Positions 19,354-28,643 of a DNA stretch of 63,784 nucleotides are shown piece after piece. A program made the translations under genes and the position numbers. The DNA is taken from positions 1 to 63,784 of the forward strand of contig JAISUM010000023.1 of the NCBI GenBank assembly GCA_031272095.1. The letters run 5' to 3'. The DNA is from Candidatus Symbiothrix sp. (GTDB lineage: Bacteria; Bacteroidota; Bacteroidia; Bacteroidales; Azobacteroidaceae). The notes beneath the pieces are model-generated. The model searched no databases. It saw only the letters and a list, made by a program, of their open reading frames with translations, and was not told the DNA's origin. How positions within the stretch are numbered: the first letter of the stretch is position 1; each line of letters starts with the position of its first letter.

Positions 19354-19602
19354 TCAGGCAGATATATCTTGAAACATTTGATGAATCCGTTTTTTCATTC
19401 GATTCACTAACTCGTCGCCGGTAATTGCTCTCTGCAAATCCCGCTCAAACGAATTTTCTTTTGAAACATCATTCCTCCCATTCCGCCTCCTATTGGCGGC
19501 ATTGCGGGTGCGGGGTGTTCTTCTTTCTTCATTTAACGCTTCAATTAGTTTTTGAAAATTTTTTATCTGTTCAATTTTTAGAGTTTTATTTCCGTTGTTC
19601 AT
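19354..19602 (-). CDS. Small antitoxin-like hypothetical protein containing an out-of-frame groEL-tail segment
   Basis: 82-aa ORF. Its C-terminal AITGDELVNRMKKRI resembles YMTGDEFERRV of 19910-20077. Confidence 0.55.
   Translation of the reverse strand: MNNGNKTLKIEQIKNFQKLIEALNEERRTPRTRNAANRRRNGRNDVSKENSFERDLQRAITGDELVNRMKKRIHQMFQDISA
19466..19529 (-). repeat. groEL 3'-tail copy 2 (direct repeat of 20177-20240)
   Basis: ~64 bp with ~4 mismatches to copy 1. Its alternative frame reads KEEHPAPAMPPIGGGMGGMM. Confidence 0.85.
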
Positions 19603-19614
19603 ATTTTTAAAATT

Positions 19615-19926
19615 TCACCATACTGTTAAATAATTACTTATTATTTTTTGAATATATACATTCTTTTGATTATCAATATCATAAATAATATACCACGTTG
19701 TGCGCGGATTGCGTTTGTAAGCAAAAACATATCTTCCGAAATTCAAATGCGTTTCGTACAGCGCAAGCGAATGATAACTGATTGAATCCAATACACCGCA
19801 TACAGCGCGAATATCACTTACATACACGTGTGCGTGTTCATACGTCAGCGGATGTTTGTCCCAAGTTATCAGACCGTATAAAATGTCTTCCAAATCCTGC
19901 CGAGATTGCTCACTGTAAAAAACCAT
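19615..19926 (-). CDS. RelE/ParE-like toxin
   Basis: MVFYSEQSRQDLEDILYGL...YKRNPRTTWYIIYDID..NVYIQKI has the ParE-fold pattern and size. Its start overlaps the upstream small gene. Confidence 0.65.
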   Translation of the reverse strand: MVFYSEQSRQDLEDILYGLITWDKHPLTYEHAHVYVSDIRAVCGVLDSISYHSLALYETHLNFGRYVFAYKRNPRTTWYIIYDIDNQKNVYIQKIISNYLTVW

Positions 19927-20077
19927 TCGCAACAAGTTTATTTTTCAGTCCAACCAAAACACGCCGTTCAAACTCGTCGCCCGTCATATAGCCTTCCGGA
20001 ATGCCATTTACAAACTTCGGAGACTGAAACTCCTTTCGAGTTATTTCAATGTCTTCATCTAATAATAGAGTTTCCAT
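19910..20077 (-). CDS. Putative antitoxin, 55 aa (not in ORF track)
   Basis: METLLLDEDIEITRKEFQSPKFVNGIPEGYMTGDEFERRVLVGLKNKLVANGFLQ*. TACCTTTG box at ~20099-20106. Overlaps the toxin start. Confidence 0.65.
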   Translation of the reverse strand: METLLLDEDIEITRKEFQSPKFVNGIPEGYMTGDEFERRVLVGLKNKLVANGFLQ

Positions 20078-20140
20078 TTTTTTTGTTTTTAATATTCACA
20101 AAGGTAAGAAGTTTTTTTGAAACGGCAAAATTTCCTGTTT

Positions 20141-20176
20141 AAAAAAGCGACTCCCTCTCAAAGAAAGCCGCTTTTT
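20141..20176 (-). terminator. Intrinsic terminator directly after the groEL-tail stop codon
   Basis: AAAAAGCGACT...AGCCGCTTTTT hairpin with T runs on both strands. Confidence 0.65.
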
Positions 20177-20252
20177 ACATCATTCCTCCCATACCGCCTC
20201 CCATTGGCGGCATTGCGGGTACGGGGTGTTCTTCTTTTTTCTCGCTGATGAC
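20175..20252 (-). pseudogene. groEL: Orphan 3' end of chaperonin groEL
   Basis: Reads VISEKKEEHPVPAMPPMGGGMGGMM*, the characteristic GroEL Gly-Gly-Met tail. It has no start codon and begins ~10 bp after the rlmN stop. Confidence 0.8.
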
Positions 20253-20261
20253 GAAAAAAAA

Positions 20262-21287
20262 TCATTTGAAAATTTTCATTTTTTGGGTGGAGAGCATCCC
20301 GCAGGCTGCCAAAATATCTTCGCCGCGAGAGGCGCGAATGGTGCAGGTGATTCCCTGACTGTTCAGATAGTCGCGAAAAGCTTCCATTTCCGAAAAATCC
20401 GATGCCGGCAGGTCAATATGCGGGATAGCGTGGTAGCGAATCAGATTGACGCGACACGGCAGTCCTTTCAGCAGGCGTGCCAGCGCTATGGCGTGTTGCA
20501 AATCGCTGTTAAGTCCGCCGAAAGCGATGTATTCGAACGAGACGCGCCGCTGATGCAAAAAATCGTATCGGCGAATCAAATCTATGACGGTGGCGGCGGG
20601 ATACAGCTTTTCGATTGGCATCCAAGCCCGACGCTCGGTGCTGTATGGCGAATGAAGGCTGACTGCCAAATGCACTTTGCTTGTTTCCAAAAAGTTTTGC
20701 AAGGCAGGCAAAAGTCCGATAGTCGAAAGCGTGATGCGCTTCGGACTCCACGCCAAACCGTCATCCGACGTCAAAATTTCCAATGCTTTGAAGACTTCGG
20801 TCGGATTGTCTAACGGCTCGCCCATTCCCATAAAAACGACATTGGTCAGGGCGTCGCTTTCGGGGATGGAAAAAATTTGATTCAGTATTTCGCCTGCGGT
20901 CAGTTGTCCGGCGAATCCCTGTTTGCCCGTCATACAGAACAGACAGTTCATTTTACAGCCGATTTGCGACGACACACAGAGCGTTGCGCGGTCTTTGTCG
21001 GGGATATAGACGGATTCGATGAAACGTCCTTCGCCGACCTGAAACAAATATTTTACTGTTCCGTCGGCAGAGCGTTGTTGTCCGGCGACGGGGCTGCGTC
21101 CGATGTGGTGATGACTTTGCAGCAGTTGCCGATGTTTCAGCGAGATATTCGTCATTTCGTCAAAGGAAACGGCTTTTTTGCGATAGAGCCATTCCGACAA
21201 CTGTTTTGCCGTATAAGCAGGCATATTCAGCGTTTTGACTATCTCGCGCAATTCGTCTGTTGTTTTTCCCAATAAGTCCATCGGCAT
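20262..21287 (-). CDS. rlmN: 23S rRNA/tRNA m2A methyltransferase RlmN
   Basis: CVSSQIGCKMNCLFC radical-SAM motif, MGMGEP, SLH, and RGEDILAACGML. Confidence 0.96.
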   Translation of the reverse strand: MPMDLLGKTTDELREIVKTLNMPAYTAKQLSEWLYRKKAVSFDEMTNISLKHRQLLQSHHHIGRSPVAGQQRSADGTVKYLFQVGEGRFIESVYIPDKDRATLCVSSQIGCKMNCLFCMTGKQGFAGQLTAGEILNQIFSIPESDALTNVVFMGMGEPLDNPTEVFKALEILTSDDGLAWSPKRITLSTIGLLPALQNFLETSKVHLAVSLHSPYSTERRAWMPIEKLYPAATVIDLIRRYDFLHQRRVSFEYIAFGGLNSDLQHAIALARLLKGLPCRVNLIRYHAIPHIDLPASDFSEMEAFRDYLNSQGITCTIRASRGEDILAACGMLSTQKMKIFK

Positions 21288-21318
21288 TATTTTTTACATA
21301 GACGGACTCAACTATATT

Positions 21319-23457
21319 TTAGAAAAATCGCAGGAAATTGTTGGTGATTTTCGCGTTTTCGCGCAGCAGTTCCGAATTTTGCGTCAGCTGATAGTTGCGA
21401 TACATATTTTGTGTTTGCAACTGTTCTTTTTGCGTTTGTGCGTTGTACTGCGATTCGTTGATATTGAGCAATGTAACATAAGCGACATAGACGCGATTTT
21501 TTCCGGCGTAGGGTCCGGCGATCTGATTGGGCTTGGTGGTTTCATTCGGCAGTTCCGCATTCAAAATCGGTTCCATCCCGATGCCCGAAATGCTGTTGGT
21601 GGCAAAATTCATAAACTTCACCGATTGCGGTGTTGCGTTCATTGCTTGTGCATATTCATCCAAAGTCGTGAAATTTTTTGCTTTCAGATCTTCGACCAAT
21701 TTGGCGCCTTTCTTTTCGTTGAGCAATTCGTATTTCAACATATCCGAAACGGACGCCAAGGAGCGGTAGCCTTCTTTCAGATGGTCTTCGACGGCTGCCA
21801 CGACAAAATATTCCGAATTTTGACATTCGTAGATATCCGATATGCTGCCTTTTTTGTTATTGAATGCCCATTGAATCACTTGACGCGATCCTTGCACATT
21901 GCCCAGCGAGATTTGGTCTTTAGCGACTTCCACGTTGGTCTGGATGTTGTAACCGGCTTCGGCGGCATTGTCTTTCAGCGCATCGAGTGAGTGGTTTGCC
22001 GAAATAAACTGGCTCAATTTGTTATAGAGTTCGGTCTTGGTGTCCTGACCGGGCATCACGCGCACTTGAATATCGGCTAATTTGTATTTTTTGACCGGCG
22101 CGGTTTTTTCGGTAACTTCTACCAGGAACGATCCTGTATTGGATTTTGCGAGGAAAATCTGATTTAGCGGTGCAGAGAAGACTGCATCTTTGAATTTAGC
22201 GTCCACTTGCGACGATAATTGTGTTTCCGTAACCCAGCCCATTTTTCCGTCGGTCTGACCGTTGGTAGCGCTTTTTGCCATATCTGCGAAGGCGGTTCCG
22301 GTTTTGACGACGTTGATCAAACTGTCGGTCAGGTGCGTGAATTGCGCTTCGTCGTAAGCGACCGGCAAGGCTAATATGTTCAGATTGACCGAGTCGGGAG
22401 CCGTTTTTTCGCTTTCATATTTATAAAGGTGATAGACGCCATCGACCAAAACAGGACCTTCTATTGCGCCGATGCTATTGGCGGTCAAAAACTGTTGCGC
22501 GGATTCGTCAAACGAGGCGTAGGCGGCATAAGCGTCCACATAAGAGCGGTCGGAATTGTTTTGCACGAGTTCGGCGACGCTCTCGGTTGTTGTCAGCTGG
22601 TCTTTGACGTTGAGCAGTTTGGTTTCCACCGTTTGAAAATCTTGCTGACTTGGCAAGATATTGACTGCGATATAATCAATGACTTGCGCTTCTGTTTGTT
22701 TGAACTGTTCTTTGCGCTCGTTGTAGCGGCGTTGGATTTCTGCTTCGGAAACGCTGACGGCGTCGTCGGGGATAACGCTGACGGATTGCGCCACATAGTC
22801 GAAATCGACCGATACGCGCGTGTTGTTGAATGCTGCTCTTGCTTCCAAATCATTGACAAGGATTGCCGAAGTCAGCAGGGAGGCGAATTTGCGGCTCAAG
22901 CGTTCTTCTTTGATTTGTTTGGACAGCATTTGCCACGATTTTTTCATCTGTTCCAATTGCGCCTGATATTCTTCGGGATATTCCGAGCCGTCGCTTTCGA
23001 TGAACTGCAAAAATTGCATCAGCGCTTGATGATTGAATCCGCCTGTCTGTTGGTCGCGAAAATCGGGGATTTGCAATAACACCGGCGAGATATTTCTGCC
23101 GAGGATCAAATCCTGAAATTCTTCTTTGCTGACCGTCAGTCCGAGTTTTTCGGTTTCTTCGGCGAAGAGCAATTCATCAATGTAAGCATTTAATACCATC
23201 TGACGAATCTGATTTTGTTCGTCTTCGTTGAACGACTGACCGTTTTGTTTCAGCTGTTCGGTGCGTTCTTCAACCCTTGCTATAAATTCCGGATAATTCA
23301 CTGTTTCACCATTGACGGTTAGAATTTTTTCCTGATTACGCTGGAAAAAACTGGAGCTGGACTGTAAAAAGTCCCCGATGATGAACGCCAATAATGCAAA
23401 ACCTATCACGATCAATAAGAAGGCTGCTTTACTTCTGATTCTTTCTAATGTTGCCAT
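21319..23457 (-). CDS. ppiD: PpiD-like periplasmic chaperone (SurA N-terminal + parvulin domains)
   Basis: MATLERIRSK..LLIVIGFALLAFIIGD, GKMGWVTE, and conserved position upstream of rlmN. Confidence 0.85.
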   Translation of the reverse strand: MATLERIRSKAAFLLIVIGFALLAFIIGDFLQSSSSFFQRNQEKILTVNGETVNYPEFIARVEERTEQLKQNGQSFNEDEQNQIRQMVLNAYIDELLFAEETEKLGLTVSKEEFQDLILGRNISPVLLQIPDFRDQQTGGFNHQALMQFLQFIESDGSEYPEEYQAQLEQMKKSWQMLSKQIKEERLSRKFASLLTSAILVNDLEARAAFNNTRVSVDFDYVAQSVSVIPDDAVSVSEAEIQRRYNERKEQFKQTEAQVIDYIAVNILPSQQDFQTVETKLLNVKDQLTTTESVAELVQNNSDRSYVDAYAAYASFDESAQQFLTANSIGAIEGPVLVDGVYHLYKYESEKTAPDSVNLNILALPVAYDEAQFTHLTDSLINVVKTGTAFADMAKSATNGQTDGKMGWVTETQLSSQVDAKFKDAVFSAPLNQIFLAKSNTGSFLVEVTEKTAPVKKYKLADIQVRVMPGQDTKTELYNKLSQFISANHSLDALKDNAAEAGYNIQTNVEVAKDQISLGNVQGSRQVIQWAFNNKKGSISDIYECQNSEYFVVAAVEDHLKEGYRSLASVSDMLKYELLNEKKGAKLVEDLKAKNFTTLDEYAQAMNATPQSVKFMNFATNSISGIGMEPILNAELPNETTKPNQIAGPYAGKNRVYVAYVTLLNINESQYNAQTQKEQLQTQNMYRNYQLTQNSELLRENAKITNNFLRFF

Positions 23458-23539
23458 TTGTTTTTGTGTTTTATGTCTGTTTATTCAAATTTCGCCCGCG
23501 AAGGTACGAATATTTAGCCGAATATACAATATTTATGAA

Positions 23540-24142
23540 TTAATTTTGTTGAAAGTTTGTCGTATCCGGCTTTTCTTCCGTCCAAATATCTGCTTTATGT
23601 TTGTAAAAAATATACTCTGTCATGCTTTGATTTGCTCGAAATCCGCCTTGAATGATTTGCTCGTCGTCGGGGCGTTTGATGACGACCACGCTATCGGAAT
23701 AGATGGCGTTCAGCGATTCGGGCGGCTCATTTTGTCGCCAAAACATTTCCGTTGTTTCAAATTCGACGCCTTGAAAGTTCTGGATTTTCACATTGCCGAT
23801 CAGGTGCCACAGCGCCGGTTTTTCGTAAAAATATGCCGTATCCGATTGCACAAAGCCCACCACGTTGAACATCGTATCGAAACGTTCGACGTAAGCGCCT
23901 TCCGGAAAATACCAGTAGGGATTGGTGTCGTTGATATAGACGTCCCAAATCGGCGTCTGCATCCGATAGCGCGTAATCCCGGAATCGGAAATCAGCGAAC
24001 TGATGTCTTCGCCATGAAAATCGGGCAAATCCAATGCATCGACCGCTACCGTCGAGATCCCCGTATTAGCGTCGTTACAGGCAATCATCGCCGCGCATAC
24101 GAACAGAACAGCTATTACTGAAGTTTTCGTTTTCGGAACCAC
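23540..24142 (-). CDS. lptC: LPS export periplasmic protein LptC
   Basis: LISDSGITRYR, PYWYFPEG, SDTAYFYE..LWHLIGNV, IYSDS. Confidence 0.85.
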   Translation of the reverse strand: MVPKTKTSVIAVLFVCAAMIACNDANTGISTVAVDALDLPDFHGEDISSLISDSGITRYRMQTPIWDVYINDTNPYWYFPEGAYVERFDTMFNVVGFVQSDTAYFYEKPALWHLIGNVKIQNFQGVEFETTEMFWRQNEPPESLNAIYSDSVVVIKRPDDEQIIQGGFRANQSMTEYIFYKHKADIWTEEKPDTTNFQQN

Positions 24143-25359
24143 GATTCGTTAAAGGTATAACCCAGTGTGAATTTGAAGAAACTTTCGTTCATCGACAGTG
24201 TCTTTTGCGGCGTCAAACGCGAATATTCCATCGAAATATTGACGAAGGAGCGGCGATCTACCATCGGGATGCCGAAACCGATATAAATGCCATATTCCGA
24301 ATATTTGGACAAGTTGCTGTCGATGATATAGGAATTGGCATAAGAGACGCCTGCCCGATAGCGCAACCGATCTCCGAAACTGCGGCTCAAAACATTAGGG
24401 ATATATTCCACGCCGGCATTGATTTTCAGGCGGTCAGTCAGCCCGTTGTTGTCGCCGAAATCATTAAATTCGACTTCACCCCAGCGTTGGTATTGCACAT
24501 CGGCGCCGAGTGTCAGACGGTTGCGGAGGTTGTAGGTCAGCCCTATCCCATACGTTTCGGGCAAGCTGCCTTTGTAATTGAAAGTTGTGTCGATAGAGGT
24601 GGTGCCGCTGGGCTTTACGTCCGTATAATCGCCGCCAAAATTGGTTTTCGGGATATAGACCAGCCCCAGTGTGAGGGATTTGGTTTTACTCAACGCCTGC
24701 GTATATTGCAAGCCGAAATCGTAAGTAAAGCCCGACGCCTGCAAGGTTTCGCTCCATGTCAGCGAATAGTCGTTGGTCTGAGCGGGCGTAAAGACGTAGC
24801 CATGAGCGACCGTTCCGAACAGATAGGACACTTTCACTCCCAGCGACAAGGGCTTCACGATGCGGTAGGAGAGCGAAGATGAAATCTTGTTCAAGCCACC
24901 TGTCCCGCTGTAAGTTTCGTAACCCGTAACCGTTTCTTCGTCCTGAACGACTTTTGCGTCTTGTCCGTATTTGTAGCCGACGTAGGAGACAGGCTCCAAG
25001 CCGACGCCCATTCCGAGACCTCTGAGCAGCGGAAACTGGATCGCGAGATAATCCAGTCCGGCAGTTGTTTTCGATGCCGACAATGCGCCGTCTTTGTAGT
25101 TGCCGACTGTCATATTGACGCCAATATCCAGCATAAAGGTCATTGAATCGACTGCCGAATATGCCGCCGGATTCAGGGTGTTGATCATTTGCGAATTACG
25201 CACTCCATAGCCGATCCCGCCCATGCCTTTCAATGAAACGACACTGGGGTCTGCTAATTTTCCATATCCGTAGCGGGTATAGGGCGACTTGGTTTGATTT
25301 TGCGCCACAAGACTTGTCGCGCCGAGCATCAACCAAGCAAACATTACTATTCTCTTCAT
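24115..25359 (-). CDS. Outer-membrane protein (FadL/OmpP1-like barrel, coaX cluster)
   Basis: SPYTRYGYG..GMGG..NPAAYS at the N-terminus and TFNESWFRKRKLQ at the C-terminus. An internal promoter box lies at ~25412-25419. Confidence 0.8.
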   Translation of the reverse strand: MKRIVMFAWLMLGATSLVAQNQTKSPYTRYGYGKLADPSVVSLKGMGGIGYGVRNSQMINTLNPAAYSAVDSMTFMLDIGVNMTVGNYKDGALSASKTTAGLDYLAIQFPLLRGLGMGVGLEPVSYVGYKYGQDAKVVQDEETVTGYETYSGTGGLNKISSSLSYRIVKPLSLGVKVSYLFGTVAHGYVFTPAQTNDYSLTWSETLQASGFTYDFGLQYTQALSKTKSLTLGLVYIPKTNFGGDYTDVKPSGTTSIDTTFNYKGSLPETYGIGLTYNLRNRLTLGADVQYQRWGEVEFNDFGDNNGLTDRLKINAGVEYIPNVLSRSFGDRLRYRAGVSYANSYIIDSNLSKYSEYGIYIGFGIPMVDRRSFVNISMEYSRLTPQKTLSMNESFFKFTLGYTFNESWFRKRKLQ

Positions 25360-26081
25360 TTTTGATAGTTTAAAATTTCGTTTAATCCTGTGAGGACTAA
25401 ATTTTCGGCGACAAAGGTAGTATTTTTTAGCTTGTTGACAAAATATTCTGCGTATCCTCCTGTTAATAAACTCAAAACATTGGCATTTTTTTGATATTCT
25501 TCGATATAGGAATCCAATTCGCGGGCAATTCCGTGTATCACTCCTGCTCGAATAGCGCTTTCCGTATCGCTACCCAAAGGCGGGAAGTCGCCGTTTTCAG
25601 CGACCTCCGGAAGCTTGTCGGTAAACTGATGCAGGGCTTTGAAACGCAAAGCCGGTCCGGGAGAAATATTACCGCCTTTGTACTTGCCGTCTGCCGAAAC
25701 GAAATCAATGGTGATGGCGGTGCCGATGTCGATCACCAACAAATTGCGACCCGGATGCAAGCACGAGGCGCCGACGGCTGCGGCAATACGATCTACTCCC
25801 AGCGTTTCCGGCGTTTGATAGTTGATTTGCAGGGGCAAAGGTATGCGGTAATTCAACTCGTAAAAATGCGGTATCTGCGCAGATAACAATCGCAGTATAT
25901 TGCAGTCGGGTGTTTTGACGGACGACAATATTCCATATTCCGGTCGATAAAGTTGCAGCAACTGCGCAAGGGCTGATTGCGTTTGCCGCGAATCGTCGGT
26001 AATGACGGTTTCGCGGCAACGATCTCTATCGAAAATGGCGGTTTTTACAGATGAATTGCCTATATCTATGACTACATTCAT
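25356..26081 (-). CDS. coaX: Type III pantothenate kinase
   Basis: IDIGNSSVK, LGVDRIAA, IDIGTAITID, GGNISPG and TGG motifs. Confidence 0.96.
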   Translation of the reverse strand: MNVVIDIGNSSVKTAIFDRDRCRETVITDDSRQTQSALAQLLQLYRPEYGILSSVKTPDCNILRLLSAQIPHFYELNYRIPLPLQINYQTPETLGVDRIAAAVGASCLHPGRNLLVIDIGTAITIDFVSADGKYKGGNISPGPALRFKALHQFTDKLPEVAENGDFPPLGSDTESAIRAGVIHGIARELDSYIEEYQKNANVLSLLTGGYAEYFVNKLKNTTFVAENLVLTGLNEILNYQK

Positions 26082-28075
26082 TTGCGTGTCAGTTTCAAGG
26101 CATAGCCGCCGCCGGGCGCCAGATGCACTTTCAACGGTTTGGCGCTGTCAAAAGTATAACTTTCTTTAACATAATCGCGGGCGGCACGGTGGGCGTTGGC
26201 GCCGTCGCGGAAGAGTTCGGCTTGCCATTCGCCGCTGCCGAGAATTGTCGACAGGTCAAGCGTTGCGTCCGTCTGTCGCCAGCCGTTGATGCCGCCGACA
26301 TACCAAGTTGTTCCGCTCCGACGGGCAATGTGAATGTATTTGCCGACACTGCCGTCCAAGACCTTTGTTTCGTCCCACACGGTTGGCACGGCGGCAATGA
26401 AATCGGCGCACTCACGCTCGCGCAGGTAATTGCTCGGCGCATCGCACATCATATTGAGCGGGGATTCAAAGACGACGTATTCCGCCAACTGACGGCAGCG
26501 TGTTCCCTGACTCATCGGCTCGTTATAAACGGCGTGGTAGTTATTTTTGGTGGCATTGCGCATCGCTCCCTGCGTGTAATCCATCGAACCGGCTAACATG
26601 CGGATAAACGGAATGGTTACGTCGTATTCGACCATATCGGCTTTGGAATCCCATTTCATTTGTTCCAGACCGAACACTCCTTCGTAATTTAAGACATTGG
26701 GATAGGTGCGACTCAATCCGGTGGGTTTGTAGGCGCCGTGAAAATCGAGCATCAGGTGATATTTTGCAGCCATTTCAGCAGCACGGCGGTAGAAATCGAC
26801 CATCAACTGGTCGTCTCTGTCCATAAAATCTACCTTAAAACCTTTAACGCCCATTTCGGAATAATGCTTGCAGACAGTTTCCATATCGCGGTTGAAAGCA
26901 TAATAGCCTGCCCATAAAATCAAACCGATATTTTTCGATTTGGCATAAGCGCAGAGTTCCTGCAAGTCAATCGTGGGAACAACCTGCATCAGGTCGGCTT
27001 TTTTATTGACCGCCCAGCCTTCGTCCAAGATGACATATTCTACACCGATGGTTGCTGCCGCATCTATATAATATTTATAGGTATCGTTGTTGACGCCCGA
27101 ACGGAAGGGAACGCCGTCAATATTCCAGTCGTTCCACCAATCCCACATCACTTTGCCCGGACGGATCCACGAAAGATCGTTCAACCGGTTGGATGAGGCG
27201 AGCAAAAAGACCAAATCGTTATCGGCTAATTGGCTGTCCTGTTGCGAAACGACGACGATGCGCCAAGGAAACTGCGCTTGTCCTGCCGCAAATTTGGCGA
27301 TATACGGCTCCCGCGAGACGACCAGCTCCTGCAATTCGTTGTGTCCGCCCTGCTGCATGGTTTTCGGCACGGGAGCATAAACGGCTTGCAAAGTGTGTCC
27401 GGTTTTGGCAGGTTCGAGATACATTCCCGGATAGTTCAGCAAATCGGCTTCGGTGATACAGACTTTTTTTCCCTTGACGCCACTGACCAACAGCGGCAAA
27501 ATGCCCAAACGTCCCGACTGCCAATCCGACAGCGGCGCGACGTGATAAAGACTTTCAAACGAGTTGCGGAACTGTCGCTCGTAGCTTCCGGTCGCGTTGG
27601 CGTAGGGAATATACGCCGTACTGTCGCCGATGAAATTAAATTCCGCCTGCTCGTTGGCGACGGTCAATGCCTGCGATTTGGTAGATACAAACCGATAGGC
27701 GATGCCCGCGTCGTAAGCGCGAAAAACAATGGCATAGTCGCCTTTGAATCGCAAGGACAGCTCATTGTAAGCGTCTGCGACCGTCGATTTTTTGTAAAAA
27801 GGCGCAGCGACCGTTTGGTTCACCGTCGCTCTTTTTGAACCAAGCACTTTGGCGTTTTTTCCCCAGACGGCACCGTTCTCCAAGGTGATACCAATGCGAT
27901 TGTCGGCTAACATCAGGTCGCCGTCGTGGCTGACCGAATAAGAGACTGTTTCACCCACCGTAATCGTAGTTTTCAATTTACCGTCGGGCGATACCAAGTC
28001 AAATTGTGTGTGCTGTCGTGCTGTCGCCCAAAAAGACGTCAGCGTCAGCAAAGATAAAATAATTGAACGTGTCAT
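26078..28075 (-). CDS. Glycoside hydrolase family 97 (retaining, alpha-galactosidase-type)
   Basis: WDWWND, LDEGW, GFKVDFMDRDDQ (Asp nucleophile of retaining GH97), DFHG, NYEGVFGLE and MDYTQG motifs. Confidence 0.92.
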   Translation of the reverse strand: MTRSIILSLLTLTSFWATARQHTQFDLVSPDGKLKTTITVGETVSYSVSHDGDLMLADNRIGITLENGAVWGKNAKVLGSKRATVNQTVAAPFYKKSTVADAYNELSLRFKGDYAIVFRAYDAGIAYRFVSTKSQALTVANEQAEFNFIGDSTAYIPYANATGSYERQFRNSFESLYHVAPLSDWQSGRLGILPLLVSGVKGKKVCITEADLLNYPGMYLEPAKTGHTLQAVYAPVPKTMQQGGHNELQELVVSREPYIAKFAAGQAQFPWRIVVVSQQDSQLADNDLVFLLASSNRLNDLSWIRPGKVMWDWWNDWNIDGVPFRSGVNNDTYKYYIDAAATIGVEYVILDEGWAVNKKADLMQVVPTIDLQELCAYAKSKNIGLILWAGYYAFNRDMETVCKHYSEMGVKGFKVDFMDRDDQLMVDFYRRAAEMAAKYHLMLDFHGAYKPTGLSRTYPNVLNYEGVFGLEQMKWDSKADMVEYDVTIPFIRMLAGSMDYTQGAMRNATKNNYHAVYNEPMSQGTRCRQLAEYVVFESPLNMMCDAPSNYLRERECADFIAAVPTVWDETKVLDGSVGKYIHIARRSGTTWYVGGINGWRQTDATLDLSTILGSGEWQAELFRDGANAHRAARDYVKESYTFDSAKPLKVHLAPGGGYALKLTRK

Positions 28076-28172
28076 AATGTTGATATTTGAATTTCAGTTT
28101 GCAAAGGTAATATAAAATTTTTCAAATCAGCACTTTTCGGGCTACATAATTTGCAGAATTTACAAGTTTTGT

Positions 28173-28634
28173 CCTCACCCCCCTGCCCCCTCTCCGTGCC
28201 GGAGAGGGGCAGGTGATGCTATCAGTTTTTACCACAAAGGCAAAGAGGGGATTCCGGCTTTCGCCGGAATGACGCGGTTTTATGGCTTGAAAAGCCAAAT
28301 TTTCATAACCGCAGGGCAAAGCGTAGCGGCGACCTGCGGCAGTGTGCAAGCGCTAAACCCCTGCCCGAATGGGCAGAACAGCGATATTCCGTCCCTAACG
28401 GGACGGGCGGACACGGTGGGTGCATCTCGTTTTCTACCAACATTTTGTCCCTAACGGGACAGGTACGAGGCATTTTCAACCTCATTTCAACCTCATCACT
28501 ATTAGACTGATAGCATCACTCGGAGTGATACTATCAGTGGAGCGCTAAAAAAAACCTGTCAGGTCTTCGAGACCTGACAGGTTTAGGGGATTGCGGCGCC
28601 TGTCCCGCCGTAGTGGGATAAACTCCGCAATGAC
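28173..28634. repeat. Patchwork of REP/REPIN-like palindromes from several families
   Basis: CCCCTCTCC-GTGCC-GGAGAGGGG; ATTCCGGC-TTTC-GCCGGAAT; CTGCCC-GAAT-GGGCAG; GTCCCTAACGGGAC twice; CTGATAGCATCACT-CGG-AGTGATACTATCAG; AAACCTGTCAGGTCT-TCG-AGACCTGACAGGTTT; GGGGATTGCGG...CCGCAATGACG. Confidence 0.85.
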
Positions 28635-28643
28635 GAGCGTTAC

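Noticed and set aside
28173-28634. Possible CRISPR array or small CDSs (28122-28349, 28269-28454, 28303-28485)
   Set aside because: There are no regularly spaced identical repeats and no cas genes. The ORFs are translations of palindromic repeats.
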